Position numbers and translations under genes: made by a program. The notes beneath the pieces were generated by a model. The model was not told the origin of the DNA, made no database searches, and worked only from the letters and a program-made list of their open reading frames with translations. Below, piece after piece: positions 18,540-28,469 of a stretch of 64,000 bases of DNA. Each line of letters starts with the position of its first letter. Position 1 is the first letter of the stretch. Location of the stretch: positions 672,001 to 736,000 of the forward strand of contig CAVWWD010000005.1 in the NCBI GenBank assembly GCA_963758635.1, read 5' to 3'. This DNA comes from an uncultured Candidatus Rokubacteria bacterium (lineage in GTDB: Bacteria; Methylomirabilota; Methylomirabilia; Rokubacteriales; CSP1-6).

Positions 18540-20162
18540 CTACTCCGCGAGCCACACCCCGTCGAGCTGCTGGTTCAGGAAGTGGCTGGGCGTCACGATC
18601 CAGCCGCGCACCTTCGAGTTGTGCGCGACGATCCGGTGCCACTGCAGCGTGTAGATGTAGTGCGCCTCCTCGTCGAGGAGCCGCTTCTCCAGCAGGCGGA
18701 GCAGGCGCTTGCGCTCCTCCGGGTCCGCCGCCCGCGACTGGCGGATGAACAGGTCGTCCCACACCGGGTCCTTGTAGCGGCCGTAGTTGTTGTCCGAGAT
18801 CCCGGTGGACTGGAACTTCTGGAGATCGGTGTCGGGCTCCACGACGAACCCGCAGTTGGCGTCGCTCGCCACGTCGAAGTCCCCCCGCCGCATCAACGAG
18901 ACGTGGGCGGAGGCCTCGATCACCTCCTGCTTGACGTTCAGGCCGATCTGGCGCCACTGGTCGATGAGCCAGATGGCGACCGGCTCGTAGGGCTGGGGGA
19001 TGCCGCGGTTCTTGAACGTGAACGAGAACCCGTCGGGCACCCCGGCCTCGCGCAGGAGCCGGCGCGCCTCGGCGCGGTTCGCCGCGATGTCCCGCCCGTA
19101 GCCCGCGAGCTTCTCGAGCTCGGCGGGCGGCGTGGCCCACGGCGTGCCCGGCACCTGGATCCCCGCGACCTCCTTGACGACGGCGATCCGGGACAGGTTC
19201 TTCGAGCCCTCGTAGCGGTCCAGCGCAAGGGTGAGCGCCCGGCGGACGCGCTTGTCGTCCCAGGGCTTCTTCTCGTGGTTGAAGGCGACGAGCGAGATGC
19301 AGTCCCACGGGCTCTCCTGCACCGTGATCTTCGGCCCCAGGGCGGCCACCAGGGCGTCGCGGTCGGCCGGGCTGAAGCTCCGGAACTGGATGTGGGCCCG
19401 CTCGGCGCGGATGGCCGCCACCTGCGCGGACGACGACGACATGAAGATCGCCCGGTACCCGTCCAGGTACGGCTTGCCCTTGTCCCAGTAGTCGGGGTTC
19501 TTCTTCGCGACGACGTGTGAGCCCTTCACGTGCTCGACGAACTTGAAGGCGCCCGTGCCCATGACGTTCGTCTCGTGCCAGCGCGGGTCCTTGGCGAGGA
19601 TGTCGGCCTTGAAGATCCAGTTGTACGGCGAGGCGAGGTTGGTGAGGAACGACGACTCCGGCCACTTGAGCCGGAACACGATCGTGTGCGGGTCGGGGGC
19701 CTGGATGGCCTCCACGGCGTGGTAGGCGCCCTTGCGCATCGAGATCAGGCCGGCCCCGGGGAACACGATCTTGTCGTAGCTCGTCTTGACGTCGCGGGAG
19801 GTCATCACGCTCCCGTCGTGGAACTTGACCCCCTGCCGGAGCTTGAGCGTGTACGTGAGCCCGTCCGGCGCGATCGTCCACGACTCCGCGAGGTCCCCGA
19901 TGGGCCGCGTGCCCGTCTTGTCCGTGGGGTCCATGCGCAGGAGCGTGTTGTAGAAGGGCGCGAAGGGGTGAACCATCCCGAACGTGCCCTCGCGATGGCC
20001 GTCATACGACGGCGGCTCCGAGGGGACGAGGAACACCAGCTCGCCCCCGGAACGCGGGCGTTGCTGGGCGTCGGCAGGGCGCTGCTGGGCGTCGGCGGGA
20101 CCGGCGGTCAGGAGGGCCGAGGTCAGGGCGACGAGGATCGACAGCCAAGAGGATCGGATCAT
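18540..20162 (-). CDS. ABC transporter substrate-binding protein, family 5 (peptide/nickel-like)
   Basis: GGAGG RBS, signal peptide, GDLAESW, YTLKLRQGVKFHDG, GTGAFKF, KNPDYW. Confidence 0.9.
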   Translation of the reverse strand: MIRSSWLSILVALTSALLTAGPADAQQRPADAQQRPRSGGELVFLVPSEPPSYDGHREGTFGMVHPFAPFYNTLLRMDPTDKTGTRPIGDLAESWTIAPDGLTYTLKLRQGVKFHDGSVMTSRDVKTSYDKIVFPGAGLISMRKGAYHAVEAIQAPDPHTIVFRLKWPESSFLTNLASPYNWIFKADILAKDPRWHETNVMGTGAFKFVEHVKGSHVVAKKNPDYWDKGKPYLDGYRAIFMSSSSAQVAAIRAERAHIQFRSFSPADRDALVAALGPKITVQESPWDCISLVAFNHEKKPWDDKRVRRALTLALDRYEGSKNLSRIAVVKEVAGIQVPGTPWATPPAELEKLAGYGRDIAANRAEARRLLREAGVPDGFSFTFKNRGIPQPYEPVAIWLIDQWRQIGLNVKQEVIEASAHVSLMRRGDFDVASDANCGFVVEPDTDLQKFQSTGISDNNYGRYKDPVWDDLFIRQSRAADPEERKRLLRLLEKRLLDEEAHYIYTLQWHRIVAHNSKVRGWIVTPSHFLNQQLDGVWLAE

Positions 20163-20277
20163 GGCGCACCTCCGAGTCGGGAGGGATCGTGGGGCCGGAT
20201 CCAGGAACGAATCGCTGCAGAACGGTCTTGTGGCCCGTACCTTAGGGCCCGTGCTCCGCCCTGTCAAGGGAATGGCG

Positions 20278-21057
20278 TCACGTCGAGGCGGCGAGCGCCC
20301 CTCCGTCGACCACGATCTCGGTGCCGCTGATCCAGGACGAGTCGTCCGACGCCAGGAAGAGCGCGCAGCGGGCGATGTCCTCGGGCTCCCCCACCCGCCC
20401 CAGCGGGATGCCGCGTCCCGCCGCCGTCTCGCGCTCCACCCCCTCGACGATGTCGGCGGTGAGCCGGGTGCGGATCGTGCCGGGGCAGATCGCGTTCACG
20501 CGGATGCGGTCGGCGCCGTAGCTGGCGGCCATCGCGCGGGTGAGGGCGAGGACGGCGCCCTTGGACGCGGCGTATGCGTGGCTGGGCCGGCCTCGCGAGC
20601 CGCGGAACGCCGAGACCGACGACGTGTTGACGATGGACCCGCCGCCGGCGGCCCGGAGATGCGGCACCGCCGCCCGGCTCACGAGGTAGATCGCGCGCAC
20701 GTTCACGTCCAGCGCGAGGTCCCACTTCTCCAGCGGGATCGTCTCCACCGTGCCACCGACCACCATCGTCCCGACCCCGGCGTTGTTGAACAGCACGTCG
20801 AGGCGGCCGTGCGCCCGCATCGCCGCCGCCACCACCTCCGCGCAGTCCTCGGGCCGGGCGAGGTCGGCCACCACCAGGGCGCCGTCGCCTCCCGCCGCGC
20901 GCACCTGGGCGAGCGTCTCCTCCAGCTCGGGGCGGCGGGTGTCGACCAGCGTGAGGCGGGCGCCGGCCCCGGCGAAGAGCCGGGCGGTCGCCCGCCCGAT
21001 CCCGGTGGCCGCGCCGGTCACGATCGCCGACCGGCCGTCGAGAGATCGAGTCGTCAT
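20278..21057 (-). CDS. SDR family NAD(P)-dependent oxidoreductase
   Basis: VTGAATGIG, NNAG, YAASK, IRVNAICPG, VDGG. Confidence 0.92.
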   Translation of the reverse strand: MTTRSLDGRSAIVTGAATGIGRATARLFAGAGARLTLVDTRRPELEETLAQVRAAGGDGALVVADLARPEDCAEVVAAAMRAHGRLDVLFNNAGVGTMVVGGTVETIPLEKWDLALDVNVRAIYLVSRAAVPHLRAAGGGSIVNTSSVSAFRGSRGRPSHAYAASKGAVLALTRAMAASYGADRIRVNAICPGTIRTRLTADIVEGVERETAAGRGIPLGRVGEPEDIARCALFLASDDSSWISGTEIVVDGGALAAST

Positions 21058-21067
21058 GGTCCGGTCG

Positions 21068-21075
21068 ATTATAAT
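21068..21075. promoter_or_regulatory. Palindromic bidirectional -10 element (ATTATAAT)
   Basis: TATAAT on both strands between the divergent SDR and VOC genes; 10 nt from the SDR ATG. Confidence 0.55.
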
Positions 21076-21223
21076 GGCCGAGCGATCTCCGCCAGTCCCC
21101 CACTTCCGAGGAGGGGGGATGTGACTGAATGGCGAGCCGGCACTCCGCGTGTACGCAGGGTCGCGGTGTTGACCCGCTCGCCGATGTCGGAATCCGCATT
21201 CCTTCACACCCGGGAGGGCACAC

Positions 21224-21667
21224 ATGATCCAGGCCAGGAAGCTCGGCCACGTCGTCCTGAAGGTCCGCGACGCCGCCCGCTCGAGGGACTTCTACACCCG
21301 CGCGCTCGGCCTCAAGGTCGCGCACGAGGACCTGGAGCGGGGTGCGGTGTTCCTCTCCTTCGGCAAGGAGCATCACGACCTCGCCCTGTTCCAGGTCGCC
21401 AGCGGCGAGCCGCCCGCCGCGAGCGCGCCGGGCATGCACCACATGGCCTGGCAGCTCGGCAGCTTCGAGGAGCTGCGCGCGGCCTACCAGGAGCTCAAGG
21501 CGATGGGCTTCGCGGTGGAGTCCACCGCGGAGCACAACGTGACGCGGAGCGTCTACTTCCCCGACCCCGACGGCAACCGCGTGGAGCTCTACTGCGACAT
21601 GGTCGAGGACGGCTTCGAGACCATGCGCACCGTCGGCCCCCGTCGCGACCCCCTCGACCTCGAATAG
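21224..21667 (+). CDS. VOC/glyoxalase family protein
   Basis: LGHVVLKVRD, EHHDLALF, GMHHMAW, SVYFPDPDGNRVELY. Confidence 0.9.
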   Translation: MIQARKLGHVVLKVRDAARSRDFYTRALGLKVAHEDLERGAVFLSFGKEHHDLALFQVASGEPPAASAPGMHHMAWQLGSFEELRAAYQELKAMGFAVESTAEHNVTRSVYFPDPDGNRVELYCDMVEDGFETMRTVGPRRDPLDLE

Positions 21668-21673
21668 CCCGGC

Positions 21674-21746
21674 GCGCAACCCCGGGGTCAGGCACTCGCG
21701 CAACGGGGTCGGAGGCGCAACCCCGGGGTCAGGCACTCGCGCAACG
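21674..21746. repeat. Two identical 32-bp repeats of the same family as those at 11233-11353
   Basis: GCGCAACCCCGGGGTCAGGCACTCGCGCAACG at 21674-21705 and 21715-21746. Confidence 0.85.
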
Positions 21747-21786
21747 CGATCCCGCAGGACACCATCGGGGATCGAGGAGGGATGGA

Positions 21787-21858
21787 GTGACGCTGGCGGG
21801 GAAGGTGGCGCTGGTCACCGGGGCGAGCCCAGGTAACCCCAGGCGGACGCCAGGGTGA
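21787..21858 (+). pseudogene. N-terminal stub of an SDR gene
   Basis: GAGGAGG-like RBS, then GTG-TLAGKVALVTGASPG..stop after 23 codons. Confidence 0.55.
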
Positions 21859-21888
21859 CCCCAGGCTGACCCGGCGGCTGGATCCCGC

Positions 21889-22920
21889 GTGAACCCGACG
21901 CTCCCGATGAAGCTCGCGACGTCCGTGGTGGGGAGCCACGGGCTGCCCGGCTGGCTCTCGCTCGCTCGCGAGGCCATGCAGGCCGGCCGGCTCGGCCCGC
22001 TCGACCTCCGCGAGCTGATGGAGGACGCGACCCAGGCGGCCTTGCTGGACCAGGAACGCGCGGGCATCGACGTGCTCAGCACCGGCGAGATGATGCGGGT
22101 GCGCTTCATCGTCGGCTTCTACGAGCGCCTCACCGGCATCCGGCCGCTGCCTGCGCCGCGGCAGCTCGGGCCGCCGCTCTGGGACACCCACACGCCCTTC
22201 GAGGTGATCGAGAAGATCGCCGCCCCCCGCGGGCTCGGCATCGTCGAGGAGTTCACGCTCGCCCGCTCGCTCACCAGCCGGCCGCTCAAGGCCACGGTGC
22301 CGGGTCCCTACACCCTCCTCGTGCCCCTCCGCCTCCGCGGCGGCTATGCGGACAAGGACACGCTCCTCGCCAACGTCGTCGGCATCGTCAACGCGGAGTG
22401 CCGCGCCCTCGTGGCCGCGGGCGCCCAGTTCATCCAGATCGACGAGCCGCACCACGGCATGTACTCGGGGTCCGTCCACGACGTGACCCGCGGCGTCAAC
22501 GGCGCCGTGGAAGGCGTGGAGGCCAAGATCGCCGTCCACGTGTGCTTCGGCAACCTCTACGGCCGGCCGTTCAGCGCGGTGCGTGACTACCGGAACGTCT
22601 TCCCCACCCTGGGCGACCTGCGCGCCTCGCAGATCGTGCTCGAGTTCGCCAACCGGGGCATGGACGACCTCGCGCGCCTGAAGGACTTCCCGCGCGACAA
22701 GGAGCTGGGCGCGGGCGTCATCGACGTGAAGGCGTTCAAGGCCGAGACCGCGGCCGACGTGGCCGCGCGGATCCGCGCGCTCCTCGAGCACGTCCCCGCC
22801 GAGCGGCTCTGGGTCAACCCGGACTGCGGCTTCTGGGAAACCCCGCGCTGGGTGGTGAAGCAGAAGCTCTCCGCGCTCTGCGAGGGCGCGCAGATCGTCA
22901 GGAACGAGCTCGGCGGTTGA
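21889..22920 (+). CDS. Cobalamin-independent methionine synthase II family (single-domain core MetE-like)
   Basis: TSVVGSH, QERAGIDVLSTGE, IQIDEP; Zn ligands HVCFGN, LEF, NPDCG. Confidence 0.88.
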   Translation: MNPTLPMKLATSVVGSHGLPGWLSLAREAMQAGRLGPLDLRELMEDATQAALLDQERAGIDVLSTGEMMRVRFIVGFYERLTGIRPLPAPRQLGPPLWDTHTPFEVIEKIAAPRGLGIVEEFTLARSLTSRPLKATVPGPYTLLVPLRLRGGYADKDTLLANVVGIVNAECRALVAAGAQFIQIDEPHHGMYSGSVHDVTRGVNGAVEGVEAKIAVHVCFGNLYGRPFSAVRDYRNVFPTLGDLRASQIVLEFANRGMDDLARLKDFPRDKELGAGVIDVKAFKAETAADVAARIRALLEHVPAERLWVNPDCGFWETPRWVVKQKLSALCEGAQIVRNELGG

Positions 22921-22988
22921 CCGGCACGGCGCCCGACGGCCCCGCTTCCGCCCCGCGACGCGGCTCACCCCCTGCCGGAGGATCGGAC

Positions 22989-24254
22989 ATGACAACCAGA
23001 CTCCTCACCCTGCTCGTGCTCGCGCTCACCGTCGCGCCCGCGGCGGCCCAGCCGCGCGTGGGCCTGTCGATGGCGGCGTCGCCCGAATCGGTGGGCCTCT
23101 CCCGCGAGCGACTGGCCCGGATCGACGCGGTAACCCGCGAGCACATCGAGGCCGGCATGGTCCCCGGCGCGGTCATCCTGATCGCCCGCGGTGGCCAGGT
23201 CGCGCACCACGTGGCCCTGGGATTCCGCGATCGCGCGGCGAGCCAGGCGATGACGCCCGACGCGCTGTTCCGGATCTACTCGATGACCAAGCCCATCACG
23301 AGCGTGGCCGTCATGATGCTCGTGGAGGAGGGCAAGCTCCAGGTGTCCGACCCGGTGGGCAAGTACCTCCCCGACCTCGCGAAGATGAAGGTCGCGGTCG
23401 AGAAGACCGACGCGAGCGGCGCGAAGACGGTCGAGCTGGTCGAGCCGCGCCGGCAGATGACGGTCCAGGACCTGCTCCGCCACACGTCGGGGCTCACCTA
23501 TGGCGGCCGCAACGACGGGCCCGTGGGCCGGCTCTACCGCGACGCGCGGGTCGGCAGCCGCGACGACAGCGTCGCCGAGATGGTGACGAAGCTCGGGGCC
23601 ATTCCCCTCGTCCACGCTCCGGGCACTCGCTTCGAGTACAGCGTGTCCACCGACGTGCTGGGGCGCCTCGTCGAGGTCGTGTCCGGCAAGAGGCTGGGCG
23701 ACTTCTTCGAGGAACGCATCTTCCGGCCGCTCGGGATGCGCGATAGCTTCTTCCAGGTGCCGGCGGACAAGGTGGGCCGCCTGGCGCAGCCGTGGCAGCG
23801 CCCCGGCGGGCCGCCGATGACGCCGCGGTTCGATCCCACCGCGCCCGCGCGCTTCCAGTCGGGCGGCGGCGGGCTCGTGTCGACGGCCACCGACTACCTC
23901 GCCTTCGCCACCATGCTGCTGAACGGCGGCGAGCTGGGCGGCGCCCGGATCCTCGGGCGGAAGACCGTCGAGTTCATGACCTCGGACCACCTCGGGACCA
24001 TCCCGGTGGAAACGCCGGGACTCGGCTTCGGCCTGGGCTTCCAGGTGCGCCGCGACGCAGGCATCGCCGGCATCGCGGGCTCGGTGGGCGAGTACGGCTG
24101 GGCGGGCAACGCGGGCACGCTCTTCTGGGTGGATCCGCGCGAGAAGCTCATCGCGATCTACATGGTGCAGGTGTCCGACTTCGATCGCGTCGCCCTCCGC
24201 AACCAGTTCCGCACGCTCGTGGAGTCCACGATCGTCGATCCGCCCGCGCGCTGA
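22989..24254 (+). CDS. Secreted serine hydrolase, beta-lactamase/esterase family VIII
   Basis: Signal peptide; FRIYSMTK (SxxK), LLRHTSG, FEYS, WAG. Confidence 0.9.
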   Translation: MTTRLLTLLVLALTVAPAAAQPRVGLSMAASPESVGLSRERLARIDAVTREHIEAGMVPGAVILIARGGQVAHHVALGFRDRAASQAMTPDALFRIYSMTKPITSVAVMMLVEEGKLQVSDPVGKYLPDLAKMKVAVEKTDASGAKTVELVEPRRQMTVQDLLRHTSGLTYGGRNDGPVGRLYRDARVGSRDDSVAEMVTKLGAIPLVHAPGTRFEYSVSTDVLGRLVEVVSGKRLGDFFEERIFRPLGMRDSFFQVPADKVGRLAQPWQRPGGPPMTPRFDPTAPARFQSGGGGLVSTATDYLAFATMLLNGGELGGARILGRKTVEFMTSDHLGTIPVETPGLGFGLGFQVRRDAGIAGIAGSVGEYGWAGNAGTLFWVDPREKLIAIYMVQVSDFDRVALRNQFRTLVESTIVDPPAR

Positions 24255-24370
24255 GCGGGTCGCGCGGCGCGAGTGGCGACGGCCACGGGCCAACGCATCA
24301 CGTCGGTCTCGCGCCGCGGGTCCGTCGACATTCTTGGCACGTGTGCGCTCGGACTCTCGACGAGGCCCGG

Positions 24371-24417
24371 CAAGGCATTGAAAATCCTGGCACGCGTGAG
24401 AAGGCCCAGGTCTTGCA
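24371..24417 (+). promoter_or_regulatory. Putative IHF site plus sigma-54 -24/-12 promoter
   Basis: IHF-like TTTCAATGCCTTG on the reverse strand (24371-24383); AGG-CCCAGGTCTT-GCA (GG-N10-GC with TTGCA) at 24402-24417. Confidence 0.5.
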
Positions 24418-24513
24418 CATATCGCTCGCGTCGCCGCCGGCATGCGATACCGCGCAGCCCGGCAGGCGAATCTGTAGCGGGTGCACGTCACTAAACGAAA
24501 TCGGGAGGCAGTG

Positions 24514-25533
24514 TTGACAAAGAGAAGCAGGGGATGGGTGCTGGCTCTGGCGGCCGCACTCGTGATCGGTCACGCCGTGGCCGGCGAAGCCGTCGACTTC
24601 AACTGGCGGCAGGAGGGCGGGTTCGAATTCGGCACGGGTACCTTGATCGGCGGCACAGGCGGGCCCGGCGGGGCGGGGCCGGTGGGAGGCGATCCTGGCC
24701 ATGGCGGGCTCGTGTTCGCCAACCTCCAGGGCGGCGGCGCTCCTCTTGGCACCTACAGCACGATCTCTTGGGGTTGTTCCCCTGACGGCAACAACGGCGG
24801 CGGCGCGTCGAATTGCGCCAACGGCGGAGTGAATGCCAGTGCGGTCGGCGCTGACCAGTCGGGGGTCCTGGGTCGGAGCTCCCTCATCCTCACCACGTAC
24901 GACAACTCGACGAGCCCCAGCGCGGCCTCGGGGCCCGACTTCAGCCCGGACGGTATCCTGAGAGACGACAATCGGTGGGTCGTGATCACGCGGACCGACC
25001 ACCTGAACCGGGTCATCGACAACGAGAGCAACCACCTGAACGGCGTCAACATCACGACGAACCTGACGATCGACGCCAATCCCACCTTCGCCGACGACAC
25101 CAACACGATCCCGATCACGTTCATCGAGACGCCGAACTTCCCCGGCAACCCCGGCGCTTGCGCCGCGCCGAACCCGCTGGGCTCGGCCTGCGACGACATC
25201 TTCACCTTCGACGCCAGTGACTTCGGCGCTCAGCAGTTCACGTCCGACGGCATTCTGTACCTCCTCGAGTTCTCGCTTGCTCCGACCCCGGCGTGCAGCG
25301 AGGTTGTCTCGGTGACCGGGACGCTCACCGTTTTCCAGTGCGCAGACAGTCCCCTGCACCGTGTCGCCATCGACTTCGAGAACGGTCAGGCGTGGGCGAT
25401 GGAGACGTTCGACAACTCCTTCCTCGCGATCATGCGGATCCGGCCGATCCCCGGGCCCGCCTCGCTCGCGCTCATCGGGCTCGGGCTCGCGGGCTTCGGC
25501 CTCCTCGGCTGGAAGGGTCGCAGCCGCAAGTAG
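24514..25533 (+). CDS. PEP-CTERM-type exosortase substrate (THxN-family-like surface protein; IPGP sorting variant)
   Basis: GGAGG RBS and TTG start, signal peptide, Gly/Asn/Thr-rich body with DHLN, FIETPN..C..CDDIF; C-terminal IPGPASLALIGLGLAGFGLLGWKGRSRK (motif, TM helix, basic tail). Confidence 0.85.
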   Translation: MTKRSRGWVLALAAALVIGHAVAGEAVDFNWRQEGGFEFGTGTLIGGTGGPGGAGPVGGDPGHGGLVFANLQGGGAPLGTYSTISWGCSPDGNNGGGASNCANGGVNASAVGADQSGVLGRSSLILTTYDNSTSPSAASGPDFSPDGILRDDNRWVVITRTDHLNRVIDNESNHLNGVNITTNLTIDANPTFADDTNTIPITFIETPNFPGNPGACAAPNPLGSACDDIFTFDASDFGAQQFTSDGILYLLEFSLAPTPACSEVVSVTGTLTVFQCADSPLHRVAIDFENGQAWAMETFDNSFLAIMRIRPIPGPASLALIGLGLAGFGLLGWKGRSRK

Positions 25534-25563
25534 CTCTCGGGCAGGCGATCCAGTCGGAAACAC

Positions 25564-25598
25564 CGGGGGCGGCCACATCGGCCGCCCCCGATTCTTTT
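25564..25598 (+). terminator. Rho-independent terminator
   Basis: Stem CGGGGGCGGCC / GGCCGCCCCCG, 5-nt loop, followed by ATTCTTTT. Confidence 0.75.
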
Positions 25599-25671
25599 GT
25601 GTCCCCTCCAACCGCGATTCGCCGTTCGTAGAACTTGCAAAGCGAGCCGTCTGAGGATATTGAATTCGATC

Positions 25672-25941
25672 ATGTCCACCGGGAATCTCTCCCGGCTCGA
25701 TCCCGAAGAGGTCGCGAAAGCCGTGACGGATTTCATCAACGCCAACATCATGGCTCGGGCCCGTCCGGTGAAGCCCGACGACGATCTCGAGATGGCTGGC
25801 CTCGACTCGATGGCGCTGCTCAAGGTCTTGCTGTTCATCGAGGCTCAGTACGGGTTCTGGATGCCCGACGAGGATCTCGTCACCGACAACATCAGAACCG
25901 CGCGCGCCTTCGCGGCCTACATCTGTCGACGCGGCGCGTGA
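25672..25941 (+). CDS. Acyl/peptidyl carrier protein
   Basis: 89 aa, acidic; AGLDSMALL phosphopantetheine site; FIEAQYG..PDEDLVTDNIRT. Confidence 0.88.
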   Translation: MSTGNLSRLDPEEVAKAVTDFINANIMARARPVKPDDDLEMAGLDSMALLKVLLFIEAQYGFWMPDEDLVTDNIRTARAFAAYICRRGA

Positions 25942-27264
25942 GCACGTCCCGCGTCCGCCGGCTGCCCCTTCGCGGCGCCGATCTCGTTCTGCTCGCGATG
26001 CAGGCCCTCTGGAAGCCCGCGCGCGTGAGCAACAACACGATCATGGTTGTACAGTGCGATGGGCCTCTGGACCCCCGGCGCGTCGAGCGGGCCCTCGAGC
26101 GATTCCTCGACTTCTGCCCGTGGCCGTCGGCCCGTCTGCGTCGCCGGCTGCCGTGGGGGCCGCTTCACTGGGCCGCCGGCGCGCGCGCGACCTTGGCCGC
26201 GCCGCCCGTGCGGCACCAGCGCCTCGGCGCCCCCGAGACACTCGGCCGCGAGCTCGAAGCCGAGCTCAACGCCGCGATCGATCCGCGCCGCGAGCCGCCG
26301 CTGCGCTTCGCGATTCTCCACGGCGCGTCCGATGCGGCGGGGGCGCCGAGCACCCTGGTCGTCACCTGGTTCCATCCGCTCATGGACCCGCGCGGCGGAC
26401 AGAACTTGCTCGCGCATCTGGCCCATCTCGACGAGACCGAAGGGCGCGCGCCCTGGGGAGACACACCGCCGGTCTTCGTCGCCGAGCCGGATCCCCGTCC
26501 GCTGAAGGAGCGCGGACGACTCGGGCGCCAGAGCCAGCGGTACATGCGGACCTTGGTCCCCGAGGCGCCGGTGTCACCGGGTACGGGGCTGACCTCGCCC
26601 GGACGGGTGCGCCTCGAGCGGGCGAGCTTCGTCGGCGACGTTGAAACCCTCGACGCCGTTCGTTCGACACGCGAGGTCTGGTGGCGCCTCGCCGTGGTCG
26701 GCCGTGCCATGGCCGATCTGTGGGGCCGGCGCGGCCTCCCGGACCGGCCGTTTCTCCTCCCCGTTTCCGTCGACCTGCGGCTCAAGGGCGAGCCCGGAGC
26801 GACCTTCGGCAACGTGCTGGCCTTTCACTTCGCGCGGTTCAAGCCCTCGGAGACGGCCGACGTTCGGCCGGCTCGCCCGAGCGCTGCGCGGCCAGATGAC
26901 CGACGCCCTCCGCGACGGACAGGTCGACGCCAACGCGGTGGCGATGGAATTTCTGAAGTACCGTCCGCTCTCGCGGATGCTGCGCGATCTGCCCGGCACC
27001 GCAACTCGCGAGACGTTCTCGTTCAACTTCGCGGATCTCGCGGACTTCCCGCCGGCGCTGGAGAAGCTCTTCGGCCGCCGGGTCGTCAACGCGTACCACG
27101 CGCCGTCCGTGCTGCCCCGGCCGGGAATCGGCGTATTCTTCAACCGTTGCGGAGTCACGAACAACCTCGTCGTATCCTGGGTCGAGGGTGCGATGAAGGT
27201 GGAGGAGGTGACGCGCATCATCGAGGCGATCCGCGAGGGGATGGGATGGCGAGCGGCCCGCTGA
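25938..27264 (+). CDS. Stand-alone condensation-domain-like / CAT-fold acyltransferase; frameshift at ~26863
   Basis: GTG overlapping the ACP stop; GPLD..RVERAL, WFHPLMDPRG (HxxxD), PVSVDLR, FGNV; C-terminus in frame 26641. Confidence 0.7.
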
Positions 27265-28469
27265 GCTACGACGTCGTCGTGGTCGGCGGCGGCGCCTCCG
27301 GATTGGCCGCCGCCGTGACGGCCGCGCGCGCGGGGGCGCGGACCGCCCTCGTCGAGCGCTACGGGTTTCTCGGGGGCATGGCGACGGCGGGCATGGTGAG
27401 CACGATCTGCGGCCTCTATCTGACCTCGGCCGCGGGACCGCCGGAGCCGCTCAACGCGGGGTTCGCCGACGACTTCGCGCGCCGGCTCGCCGCGATGCCC
27501 GGCTGCGGCGAGCCGCTCCGTCGGGGCCGGACGCACGTCCTGCCGTACACGCCGTTCGCGTTCGCCTGTCTCGCCGACGAGCTCACCGCCTCCGCCCCGG
27601 GGCTCGACGTCTACCTCCACACGTTCCTCACCGGGGTCGAGACCAGCCCGGGCCGCGTCGACGCGGTGCGCGTCGCCACCTGGGAGCGCGTCCTGGAGCT
27701 GGCCGCGCGGGCCGTCGTGGACGCGAGCGGCGACGCCGCCGTGGCGCATCTCGCGGGCGCGGCCACGGCGACGACGCCGCTGGCCGAGCGCCAGCTGCCG
27801 TCACTGGTCTTCGTCCTCCAGCGCGTCGACACCGAGGCGCTCGGGTCGGGGCCGCGCGTGGCGCTCTTGCGCTCTCTGGTGACCGCCGAGCAGGAGGGCC
27901 GCCTGCCGAAGGGCGCGGCGAACCTCGCCCTGGGCCCGTCGCTCCAGCCCGGCGAGATGGTCTGCAAGCTCACCCTGAGCGGCATCACCGATGAGCTGCC
28001 GGCGAGCCGCGACTTCCTGACCGTCGCGGAGCAGGAAGGCCGCAAGCGCGCCCTGGCCGTCACGGAGTTCCTGAAGACCTTGCCCGGGTTCTCGCGGGCG
28101 TTCGTCTCTCACGCGGCGCCGCAGGTGGGCGTGCGCGAGAGCCGGCGCGTGATCGGGCGCTACCAGCTCACGCGCGACGACGTGCTCAGCGGGCGCGCGT
28201 TCGACGATGGCGTCGCCCGGGCGAGCTGGCCCATCGAGCTCTGGGAGGAAGGCCGTCTCGGCGCCACGTACGAGTGGCTCGACGACCGGGCGCACTACGA
28301 TATTCCGCTTCGTTGTCTTCAGGCTCGCGACGTCGAGAACCTCTTCGTCGCCGGCCGCTGCATGAGCGCTACGCACGAAGCGCTGGGCTCGGCGCGTGTG
28401 ATCGGCACGTGCCTGGCGGCCGGGGAGGCCGTCGGTCGGGCCGTCGCGCGCTGCGCGGAGGCTCGATGA
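27246..28469 (+). CDS. FAD-dependent oxidoreductase (PF12831-like)
   Basis: YDVVVVGGGASG, LVERYGFLGGMAT, VDASGDA, GVRESRR, YDIPLRCL..NLFVAGRCMS. Confidence 0.88.
   Translation: MASGPLSYDVVVVGGGASGLAAAVTAARAGARTALVERYGFLGGMATAGMVSTICGLYLTSAAGPPEPLNAGFADDFARRLAAMPGCGEPLRRGRTHVLPYTPFAFACLADELTASAPGLDVYLHTFLTGVETSPGRVDAVRVATWERVLELAARAVVDASGDAAVAHLAGAATATTPLAERQLPSLVFVLQRVDTEALGSGPRVALLRSLVTAEQEGRLPKGAANLALGPSLQPGEMVCKLTLSGITDELPASRDFLTVAEQEGRKRALAVTEFLKTLPGFSRAFVSHAAPQVGVRESRRVIGRYQLTRDDVLSGRAFDDGVARASWPIELWEEGRLGATYEWLDDRAHYDIPLRCLQARDVENLFVAGRCMSATHEALGSARVIGTCLAAGEAVGRAVARCAEAR

Noticed and set aside
21674..21746. Possible mini-CRISPR (two identical 32-mers)
   Set aside because: The spacer is only 9 bp and the unit belongs to the dispersed repeat family
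21747..21889. SAM or cobalamin riboswitch upstream of the MetE-like gene
   Set aside because: No recognisable conserved riboswitch core; the region is explained by the repeats and the SDR stub
24335..24402. Two TGGCAC words (24335, 24388) as sigma-54 promoters
   Set aside because: Neither has GC at the required N10 spacing; the GG-N10-GC at 24403-24416 fits better
25635..28469. 944-aa acyltransferase-oxidoreductase fusion in the ORF track
   Set aside because: Artefact of the ~26863 frameshift; the acyltransferase ends at 27264 in another frame and the oxidoreductase has its own ATG at 27246
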